Assembly: GCA_964016885.1 (NCBI GenBank)
Contig: OZ024750.1
Location: forward strand, 14,260,001-14,324,000
Length of the DNA stretch: 64,000 bases
DNA from: Eledone cirrhosa
Taxonomy: Eukaryota
Direction of reading: 5' to 3'
In this document: positions 53,618 to 64,000 of the stretch, piece after piece
How the letters are laid out: every line of letters begins with the position of its first letter
How positions within the stretch are numbered: the first letter of the stretch is position 1
The notes under the pieces: model-generated
What the model was told of the DNA's origin: nothing
The model's input: the letters and a program-made list of their open reading frames with translations, nothing else
The model's database searches: none
Translations under genes and position numbers: made by a program

Positions 53618-53893
53618 TTCTACTATTGGCACAAGGCCAGCAATTATACCAGTGCATTACTGGTACTTTATTTTATCGACCCCGTAAGGATGAAAGGCAA
53701 AGTTAACCTCGGCGGGATTTGAACTCAGACCATAAAGGGTCGGACACCATGCTTTCCGGCATAGTTACGTCCCTTTACGGTCTGAGTTAAAATCCCGCCG
53801 AGGTTAACTTTGCCTTTCACCCTTACGGGGTCGATAAAATAAAGTACCAGTAATACACTGGGATAATTGCTGGCCTTGTGCCAAAAGTAGAAA
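53618..53893. mobile_element. Head-to-head pair of 5'-truncated SINEs within one 20-bp TSD
   Basis: TSD caatatattagatgcattgc at 53598-53617 and 53894-53913. The left arm is a reverse-complement SINE 3' half; the right arm is a forward SINE. Confidence 0.85.
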
Positions 53894-55111
53894 CAATATA
53901 TTAGATGCATTGCATTAAAGGCATTACACCACATGCCATCTGTGAAACCCAATATTCTCAAATCTAAGCCAATTATTTGTTCCTAGTAATTCCTTGATTA
54001 ACCTCTACTATGCATGCATGGTCCGGTAACTCCCGAGGGAGTAGTAGAGGTGCTGTATTGACATACAGCATTTCTATGGCATTTTAAAACCTGGCAGAGT
54101 ATAGATTTCTTCCAGTGAAGGATAGAGAGTGAGAGAATGGAAGTGAGAAAAAGATATAAAGGAAGAATCGACCCCAGTACTTGACTGGTACTTTTTTTTT
54201 ATCAACCACAAATGGATGAAAGGCAAAGTTGACCTCAGCAGGATTTGAACTCAGAGAGCAGAAAGCCGGAACGAATACCACAAAACATTCTACCCGATAT
54301 TCTAACGACCCTGCCAGTTCACTTTATAACCTCTACTATGGGTACCAACAACTGAGTAAACTTTTTTTTTCATCCAGCAAACATCATTAATTAGCATCCT
54401 ATAAACATATATATATGTGAATCTCATCAATATGGATGAGTAGAGGAAAAGAATAATAAACTGTGAAAGATGTGTTAAATAAATTTAAAGAACACAAGAC
54501 TGGGGAAATACAGGAAAATGTGGGATGATAGTTTAAAGAGAATTATAGAAAATAATGCAGATATGAAATGAGTAAAATTGCAAGTAAACATCAGCAAATA
54601 ATATCAAAAATAGGATCAGAGAGGGAACTTAAAAAAGAAGAGAGAGGATAGCAATGGCTTAATCTATAATCAAAAGAAACGGTAAAAGGAAATAAAAGTT
54701 GGATCATGAAGATATACCAATCATGCACGAGGGGGTTTCAGAGATTCTGGGCAGTATGACATGTAAAGAAAAACTTTATTAAATTAAAGTAACAACTAAT
54801 AATGTAAAGAGGTTAAGAATCTTTACCACAAGGTTGCTATAGAAATATCAAAGGTTCACCAAATGGAATATGTTAATTTTCTGTGAAGATAAAGGTTTAA
54901 TATTTTTCAAGCAGGGACCTTCATCAGAGTGTAAGAAATAATTACTAACACTAAATTATGTTTAGGGTTATATATGTTGAGAGAGAGAATGAGAGGTGGG
55001 GGGAGAACAAGGATGTATTTGTGTATGTAGGCATGTACTTGTAGATATAAATATGTATCTGAAACAGGCAGGAGAGAAAGAATATGCATGCATGAAAACA
55101 TACACTTTATA

Positions 55112-55157
<46 letters not shown>

Positions 55158-55309
55158 TGATTGATGCTGCTACTGTATGGAGTGTAGCATTGTTGTTCTG
55201 TAGAAAGAATTAGTTGCAGAGTGTTGAGACAAAAGGTAGTGACAGTCAAGGTAAAAGAAAACTTCTATCACTCCTTATTGCTGCTCAATTCTCCTATATC
55301 AAGTATACC

Positions 55310-56165
55310 AGTGACACCATGTGAGTAACAGCCCTTTTCTAGATGGAGACCGACAACCTGCAGTGTTTGACCTTGGAACTTGTTAATGATCATTGTGTAA
55401 CTGAGTCTCACTGGGGATTGCAATCATTTGAAACGAAAAGGGACATCTGTTAATATTAACAGTATTCTAGGTATAAATACGGTGTCTCTCTTCCTACATC
55501 CATTGTGGATTTGGGCTTTGATAATATGAAGCTGTGGTTCAGTCTCAACCAGATGCATCCCATTGCACAATCTTGGCTGATCCAGGTTTCTGAGAAGCAT
55601 GATGACTGTGCCCTTCTTCAATTCAAGATTGTGTGGCAGTATACCAGGTGGCTCCAGACTGTTGAGAAATTCAGCGGTGTAATGAACAGTGTCATCCTTG
55701 TAGACAACTTTGTCGATAGAATTATGGGTTTGGCTAACTCCAGGAATCATTTGAGAGACTTTTGTTGATGGCATTCCCTGTGATGTTTTGGGGAGCAAGG
55801 ATTGCCTTTTCACACAGCCACTCATTATTGAAATAATGGATTTCAAAATTGGGGAACACTTGATTAATTAAGCTATAAATACTTTCAGCAACAGTAGCAA
55901 ACAATGACGGATCAAAACATCCTTCAGTATCAAGGAATATTTTGATTTCACTAAGTCACAGACGCTTTCGAGCAACCTCTGCAAAAATGTTGTCACTATG
56001 AAGATGCGCCCACATGCTGGTTCTTAAATTGAGTTTGGTGATACGTGGCCATAAAATTGATGATTTTAGGCAAGCTCAAATTTGATAGGTGCGAATCCCC
56101 TTTGGTATCACCGGTAGAGTTTGTCAGAAGTCTCCTGATTAAACGACAGTGATTCTTCCCATGAT
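55310..56165 (-). pseudogene. Helitron RepHel PIF1-like helicase remnant
   Basis: GDF*QTLPVIPKG..ACLKSSILW..; EFLNSLEPPGILPHNLELKKGTVIMLLRNLDQPRLCNG; IPRI..TDVPFRFK*LQSPVRLSYTMIINKFQGQTLQVVGL. Contains in-frame stops. Confidence 0.88.
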
Positions 56166-56890
56166 TGTTGAGCTGTTCCAGATATCTTACAATGTTCTAT
56201 CCAAGGCCTCCAATGTGTGTCTGTGTCCCATTGTGTATTCACCCCACTAAAATTGCACCATACACCTTTCCCTTCAGGTTAAGTGATACCCACCTCATTA
56301 ATACACATCTTTCCCTTCAGGGAAGCAACCCAACCCAACCCAACCCCATTAGTACACCACACAGTTCCCAGAATTTCTTCCAAGTTCACCTTATATCAGC
56401 CACTGACAACCGAGTCCAATCTACCTTTTTCATTCAACATAGTTCAAAAGTAAACAAAATGTTTACACACCTTCTTCTATTTTCACATTTCCAAGATCCT
56501 CACCATCTGCAGCTCCCTCCAGACACACTTTACATTTAAATGTAACTGCCAAACTGTACATATTTATATGTACAATATATCATTCTTCAAGAATCATGAA
56601 ATCTTGACACAAAGTTGAAGAAAGCCTTAGTAAGACTTTCGACTAGAATACCAATGTATTCTTATTGGGTCACTTCAAACTTCCTTACCTCAAATGCACA
56701 GAGGGCCTTATTCTCTTAAGAATATCACAGCAGGATTGCAGTCAAGCATAATCTCTGCTTGACCTCACAGGGATGCAGTTTACCACAATCCCTGCCTAAC
56801 CAGGAGTAACAACACCCTTGATCTCAGCTTTACAAAAATGCAGAAGTCATCTATAAAACTGAAGTGCTAAAATATTTTTGTTTTGGGGGT

Positions 56891-57146
56891 AAATATTACA
56901 TTGGTTTCACTTTGGTGGTATATATTACACCAGTTTCACCTTGGAGGTAAATATTACACCAGTTTCACTTTGGAGGTAAATATTACACCAGTTTCACTTT
57001 CAAGGTGAATATTACACCAGTTTCACTTTCAAGGTGAATATTACACTGGTTTCACTTTGGGGGTAAATATTACACTGGTTTCACTTTGGGGGTGAATATT
57101 ACACTGGTTTCACTTTGGGGGTGAATATTACACTGGTTTCACTTTC
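56891..57146. repeat. 29-bp minisatellite, ~9 copies
   Basis: Unit aatattacaccagtttcactttggaggta. Confidence 0.9.
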
Positions 57147-57886
57147 AGCGTAAAATCTGTATTCCCTACTGTTTTTATGCATTTTAAATAAATATGGCCT
57201 TGAAAACAATCAGAAATTTGTAAAAGATCATTGCGTAATGTGAAACAAAAGCTATACTCTAAATGACATTCAGTACATTTCAAATATCAAAATATTAAAA
57301 CTTCATAAATATATTTTCCACTCACGAGAAATTCAAAACTGCACCATCTAAACATAATATGTTGATTACTTGCCTTGGCTTATAAACAGAGTTTATATTT
57401 GTGCCTATTTCTCAGACATAAAATAAGGGTTGGCTTATATTTGAGTATATATGGTATATCTATGGTGCAATTATTATGCATTAGAATTATCCCAATAAGG
57501 AAAGTCGACAATGTTCAAAGAAATATCATCCACAAAGACAGAAAAATTTTTATGAAATAAACAAAAAAAAAATGTACCAAATTGTTTAAATAAACAAATT
57601 ACTGAAAAATAAAGGCACCAGTTGAAAACGTTGCTTATAGATACTGAAAATAAAATAAAGTGCTACAAGAGAATTATAGGAAACATGAGTTGCAGAAAAC
57701 AAAAGAATTAACTGAAATGTTTTCTACAATTTCACAAAAAGAAACAGCCAGTGTTCCACAATAGTCACTGTCCTTCACAACAGCCACTGTCCTCCACAAT
57801 AGTCACTGTCCTTCACAACAGATTATGAACAGGAAAGGTGACAGTATGCACTTTTAGCAGAGTCCGACATCCACATTAAATGTTTG

Positions 57887-58116
57887 TGACTGGTTGAGGC
57901 CATGCCGGGGCACCAAATCTACACTCTTTCATTGGTTCCAGCCGACTGGCTGAGGCCATGCTGGAGCACCACATTTACACTCTTTTATCGGTTCCAGCCG
58001 ACTGGCTGAGGCCATGCTGGAGCACAACATCTACACTCTTTCATCGGTTCCAGCCGACTGGCTGAAGCTATGCTGGAACACAACATCTACACTCTTTCAT
58101 CAGTTCCAGCCGACTG
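57887..58116. repeat. 56-bp minisatellite, ~4 copies
   Basis: cagccgactgg at 57939, 57995, 58051. Confidence 0.85.
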
Positions 58117-58369
58117 ACCAGCACTGCATTTACATCTATAAAAACGAACAACATAAATAGATTTAATTACACACACAGCAAACAAACTGTCCTCCTTGGT
58201 ATGGCAATGTAATTAGTAGCAGAAAAAGTACAATCTCTAATAGATCAATAGGAACTGTTATTAAATAGGATCTTCACATCAAACTTGATTTCACATTAGA
58301 GGAAGCTGAACAGAAAGGGAGCTAACCCTGATAATATACCACCAGAAGTCTGAAAGACGGGAATATTTA

Positions 58370-59290
58370 ACGATATCCTGTAATGAAATATACAATCAAA
58401 GCCCAATTAAAAAAATAGGCTGAAGATTCTAGTCTCCTATTTCCCAAGAAAGGTAATCTAGGTAAATCTTAAAAATTACTGAGGAATTAACCATACAGTG
58501 GTACCAGCAATGATCTGCCACAAATTGTTGCTGAATTGTATAAAGACTACCTTCGTTATGAATAATCATGGGATTTACAGACAGTCTTAATATTGTGGAT
58601 TTCTCAAAGGCCTTTGTTAATGTCCATCAAGACAAAAATAGAGCAAATTCTTTATACATATGGAAGAGCACAAGAGAGAGTAACAGCAATTATGATGCTC
58701 TACAACAGGTATGTCAAACTAGTGGCCCGAAGGCCACATGCGGCCCACACTAAGGTTTTTACAGCACAAGTATGTTTTATCTTTGTAATATAAAATAAAA
58801 AAAAGGTAGTTGTAATGTGTGCAATTAGTTGTCATGTATGGTCCCCAGACAACACATATGTGAACCCTGTGGCTCTCAGTTTGACATGTCTACTCTACAA
58901 GAACTGACAGAGGCACTGATTTCTTCAGCATCACTGGAGGTGTCTGGCAAGACAATATGCTTACATCATTTTCTACTTATCTATTTTCGATTTACAAAAT
59001 TAAAGAACTCAGATTCCCTATAAGAAAATCCACCTCCTTTCAACACTCCATCTACAAGATTAACGGATGTGGAATATGTTGACGATATCAATCTCATTAT
59101 AGACACCATATCAGAAGCTACCAACCATTCTATAGAACCTTGAAAACACAGCAAACACAGCAACACTCCAAACATTAACTAAATCTACTACAATCAGGGT
59201 GGATCAATAAACACAATCAAATAAAATCCTCTAAAATCTGTGAAATCCTTCATATATTTAGGAAGCAACATCACACCCACAAAAAATAAT
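58370..59290 (+). pseudogene. Degraded non-LTR retrotransposon (RTE/L2-like) reverse transcriptase fragment
   Basis: Fragmentary RT motifs PKKGNL..NY*GI, DFSKAF, EYVDDI, FIYLGSNI with frameshifts and stops. Confidence 0.7.
58706..58892. mobile_element. hAT-type MITE nested in the LINE remnant
   Basis: TIR caggtatgtcaaact / agtttgacatgtcta with 8-bp TSD ctctacaa at 58698-58705 and 58893-58900. Confidence 0.82.
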
Positions 59291-59803
59291 GTAATAAGTT
59301 TTCTTACAAAAGTATGAACTATTCTTATTCAGTACCATCTGAAAGTCACCACTACCAGATAATCTTCATAGAAGCTCTGTTAGATCCCCACCTGCATTTC
59401 AAATTCATCACTGTACTCATTGTCAACTGTCACCTAACAGGTGATACCTCTATACATCGCTTGCATGGCCCTCATGAGCCACTTGTCTACACCTAGTTTC
59501 CTTAGTACCCATCAGATTATAGAGCAGGGGACTGTCAATGGCATTCTCCATATCCACAAAAATCAAATACAGGGTTTAGTCTTTTCCAGCAGGTGTCACA
59601 ACGCTGAAATACATTTCATTCAATTTAACTCTGTCCCTAATTAGTTGCACTATAACCCTTTCATGATTTGGTCCATCAACTTAATGTCTCTCTAATTACC
59701 TCTTTCTAGTGTATCTCCATCTCATTTGTCCTTGTAGCAGTTTACAGTGATACCTCTGTGCCAGTATAATTGTATATGTCACCATCTTATACTACTTCAT
59801 TAA

Positions 59804-60010
59804 CCCTTTAGCATTACAATACCCTATATATACTATTGTATTTTTGTGGTAAAGGCTTTATCTTACATAATATTGAATCTACAAGATTATGATGTTATTT
59901 ATTTTGAGAACAATACCTTAACATCAGTATGAAAGGCTAGTTATAGCCAGTTTGAAAAGAAAGAAGTGAAAGAACTCTGGTCGGAAACAGCCGGTTTAAA
60001 TGCTAAAGGG
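59804..60010. mobile_element. piggyBac-type MITE, copy 4
   Basis: Same TIRs, TTAA flanks. Confidence 0.8.
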
Positions 60011-60613
60011 TTAACTATGTGTCTCAACCTACTAGGCTGGTTGTATGTTTTAGCATCTCAGGCAGATAATTTAGTTGCCTTCCCTAACTTCATATCTTGA
60101 ACTGTTTTGTCTATCACACAGCTATCAACTCTTTATGGCTGATCCCTTGTTTGGATTTACATGGGGTAAAGCCCTACTGTCCCATTTATTCTATTTGTTC
60201 AACAGTCTCTCATAATGGGACTTTGATGCCTCTTTCTTTTCATCATTTGTCAGAGCAACTATGTGTGTGCATGTGTGGTGTGGTGTGGTGTGGTGTGGTT
60301 TGATAGAGAGGAGCCTACAAAGGCATACATACAATGCAGTCTCCCTAATTTGTACAATCTTTCCTTTCCAGAGAAGACACCCACAGGAATACACCTCCTC
60401 TCTGCACACTTTCTCTAGAGGAATAAACCTATATCCTTTATTAGTTTAACTTTAATCAATTACCTACTACATCTATCAATACACTTAGTGAATATCTGTT
60501 TCAATCCAGGATTTCTGATCAATATTTTGTCAAACATATACAAGAAAACTTGTATCAGCTGAAGCTTTTTGATACCAACTTACGCGGATACACAACTACT
60601 TCTATAGCTTTAA

Positions 60614-60820
60614 CCCTTTAATGTTCAAACCGGCCAGAATTCTCTACCTCTTTCTGTTGAAACTGGCTGTAACTGGTCGCTCATACTGATGTTAAGGTAT
60701 TGTTCTCAAAATAAATACTTTCAAAATCTCAGATTCAATATTATGTGAGATATTTTGTGAGGTAAAGCATTTACCATGAAAATACAATAGTATATATAGA
60801 ATAATGTGAATGCTAAATGG
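60614..60820. mobile_element. piggyBac-type MITE, copy 5 (opposite orientation to copy 4)
   Basis: Degenerate TIRs, TTAA flanks; the interior is the reverse complement of the other copies. Confidence 0.75.
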
Positions 60821-60833
60821 TTAAAGTGTTTAT

Positions 60834-60873
<40 letters not shown>

Positions 60874-62250
60874 CCATCAGAATTTTTTGTAAAGTTGTGT
60901 TCTAAACACCAGCTTGTTAATGAGAAAGTTGGTCATATTACTAAATCCTTCCAAATTCTGGATTATTTCCAGAATTATTTTCACAAGAGTTAATATAGAA
61001 AAGCAAACTGTCAATTCTAAATCAATTATTAGTTTTATATGAAAGAAGTTAATTTAAAGGAGATTCTAATAATGTTAGTATCTAATCTGCAAGCTTCTAG
61101 AAGAAATTGAGGAGAAGGGGGGAAATTTAGAATTCAAACAATATGCTGTTAACCTTTACCTCAGCTGTTTGCCCTCATAAACCAATAAGCAAAGCACAAT
61201 AATTTAAGCATAGAAAATGTAGAATAAACCAAACACAATAGAAAGGGATTTAAGAACCAGACACCACACCTCTTAACTTTTACTTAAAACAATAAAAGTA
61301 GAGTGTTTAATAGATAGTTATTGAAAGTTGTTTGATAAATATGTGTTTAATATTTCATATCATTAGAACCAAATGTGATTTAAATGTGTACAGTTGTTTA
61401 TTAATTGTAGATTGGAATTGATAATGTACTAAATTATAAAACAATAATTTTTAAATTATTAAAAATATAATGGTTCTAATTACTTTAAAATACATCTTAC
61501 ACATGTATATATATGTATTTGCAAGTGTTTTTATGTATGTGTGCATGTATGCCAGCATGAAAAAGTAGATACAAAATGACGATGATGATGATTACATATA
61601 AATACACACACACACTCATTATATATATATATATATATATATATATAATCTTATTTTTTACAAAGCATTGAGAAATATGTACTTTGTTTGTTTCCTTAAA
61701 TTTAACTGCTTCAAAGCAGATTTTTTACTATAAAAAAATAGCTGGTGTATAGGTCTCTAGAGATAGAAGACAATACTCACAACTTTTTTCCATTCCTAAG
61801 GATTTACATCACCAATTTGTTTGACTATTTTTCATAGTCAAAAACCTGCATGGAAGCAGTTTACTTTAAACCTTTAGCTTTTGAATGTTTATTCATAAAC
61901 ATACCGTATATTATTCAATATACAACTTTCATATACACGTATGTATGCAGCTATGTTGGAGTGAATATCCTAATTCTAATTGTGATTCAGGCTGAGCTGG
62001 ACTAAGCTCCATATGAAAATGAGACTAATCAGCAAAAAACTATGTTTTCAGCTTATTTGAATTCCAGTAAGAGGTAAGGAAGGGGATATGTGACCTTGAC
62101 AATTGCCAAACAGCTAGAAACAGCACTGTCTATTGCTTCCTCTTGCTCTGCTGGAACAAGGTAGAAATGTCAGTCATCACCTTTAAAATTCATAGCTAAA
62201 GGCTTATTATATATCAAATGTTTATTCATAAAAATATTCCATACACAACC

Positions 62251-62282
<32 letters not shown>

Positions 62283-63820
62283 CGTTTGTATACAGCTATG
62301 TTGGAGCAAATATCCTATTTCTAATATATATATATACATACATGCACACACACACACACACATACATATATATACAAAAATAACTTTGATAGGTTTCGAC
62401 CAATGTTAGCCCAGGCCGTGTCTAACTTAACAGAGCACCACTTGGCGAAGTCTTTCAAATCATGATTCATAACGCAGTCATGATTCGGACACCAGAACCC
62501 ACTCAAATAGAGAGTTATTGTTTTCATAGATATATCTGGATGTAGAGAGTTTATCCAGAATTTCCTGGAGGAATTTCTCCAAAGACATTTTGAATTTTAT
62601 GGGATCTAGCTCTATGCTAGAAAAATATGGACTCTATAGTGACAGTCCCTAAATATTTTTGATACAGCCTGCCTTAGAAAAATCCTCAGCATCAAGTGGC
62701 AGAAGAGGATTCTAGACTTTGAAATAGGTCCTTAGTAAACCTTCCCAGCAGGAACACCACACTGCTGTAATTTTAGCTGTTTTTGATTGGACATTGGCTT
62801 CTGAGAAAATTATTCAAGGTGAAAGCAACCTCAGAGAAGTCAGAAAATATCAAATGAACAACACACTTAAGAGAGATTTGTGATTGTTTTTCATAATACC
62901 AAACATTACACAGACTGGCCCAAATAGCTGTGTGTATGTATGGACCCATAACTCTTGATGGAATTATAGGCATGCCATAGTGATATAGTGTTTTGGGTAT
63001 TTTTAAAACCTGGCAAAGCCCATGACCTCTCCAGGTATGAACATAGCTGATTTCTTCCAGTGAAGGAGAGAGTGAGAAAGAGTGATAGAGAGGTGGTAAG
63101 AAAGAGATAATAGAAGAAGAATCGACTTCCATACTGGTCTAAAAGTTTAAAGTCTATCACGAGTCCAGGGTCTTATCCGGTCAGTACTTATGCCAGCTTC
63201 CATGGCATGAAGCGAATGAGAGTACATGACTTCCACCTTGACATGATGCCAGTCCATTGCAAAGTTAAACACACAGCTATTACTGGTACTCATTTTCAGC
63301 CAAGTATACTGGAGCAACGTGAAATGAAGTGTTTTACTCAAGAACACTATGCACAAACCAGTCCAGGAATCAAACCCACAACATTCTGATCCTAAGTCCA
63401 ACACCCTAACCACTAGCCCACATGTCTCCAGTACTGGACTGGTACATTTTTATAGAGCTCAGAAGGATAAAAGGTAACGTTGACTTTGGAGGGTTTTGTA
63501 TACAGAATGGTCTTCCAACTCGTCTACATACACCTGGTTTTCAGAAATACCTCTTTTGAAAGTTTGATCAAATTACAATAACACTGTGTACTGTAGTAAA
63601 TTAGAATTAAAATGTTTATACAAATTTTTCTTTTCCTGAAGTGTGTCTCCATTTTATTGGCAGACTCTGTATACATATATAAAGCAAATTATATTAAATA
63701 TGGCTTGAGATTTTAGCTGAATTGCATCTTCAAACTATATTGTAGGCACATTATTGTAGGATAGAACATACATACGTTACTTTAGTTTAAATTGAGACAT
63801 TATAGACAGATGACACATGT

Positions 63821-63893
<73 letters not shown>

Positions 63894-64000
63894 TGTGCAC
63901 GCACGTGTGTGTATCTGAGTGTGCATGCATGTATTCAGACCTGAATTTTAATGTCTAATTTTTTTTTTCTCATGTTAAATGAAGGAGCACCGAGAAATTT

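Noticed and set aside
55424-55846. Possible functional PIF1 helicase gene
   Set aside because: Flanking in-frame stops and mutated motifs show a decayed Helitron fragment.

Overview
AT-rich, microsatellite- and SINE-dense animal genomic DNA. The repeat families and gene content suggest an octopod cephalopod (inference). Five spliced genes can be reconstructed by hand with consistent splice phases: the 3' end of GALT (+), a complete 8-exon SMN (-), a complete 6-exon SPEF1 (+, with an RFX X-box upstream), a complete 4-exon invertebrate-type lysozyme (-), and the 3' eleven exons of an ASK-family MAP3K (MAP3K5/15-like, -). Almost all ORFs in the supplied track are repeat or intron artefacts. The most striking element is a 5.7 kb array of 310/311-bp tandem units inside a lysozyme intron (26789-32490). 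Every unit carries a type I hammerhead ribozyme motif (CUGAUGA...GAAAC, palindromic stem III, long stem I), giving 18 copies: 15 on + and 3 on -. The array folds back into a ~970-bp-arm palindrome. This looks like a retrozyme or Penelope-derived ribozyme satellite able to yield ~310-nt self-cleaved or circular RNAs. The window also holds tRNA-derived SINEs with clean TSDs (including a head-to-head double insertion), piggyBac/hAT/Tc1-type MITEs, Helitron and LINE remnants, several minisatellites and (TA)n-associated foldbacks.
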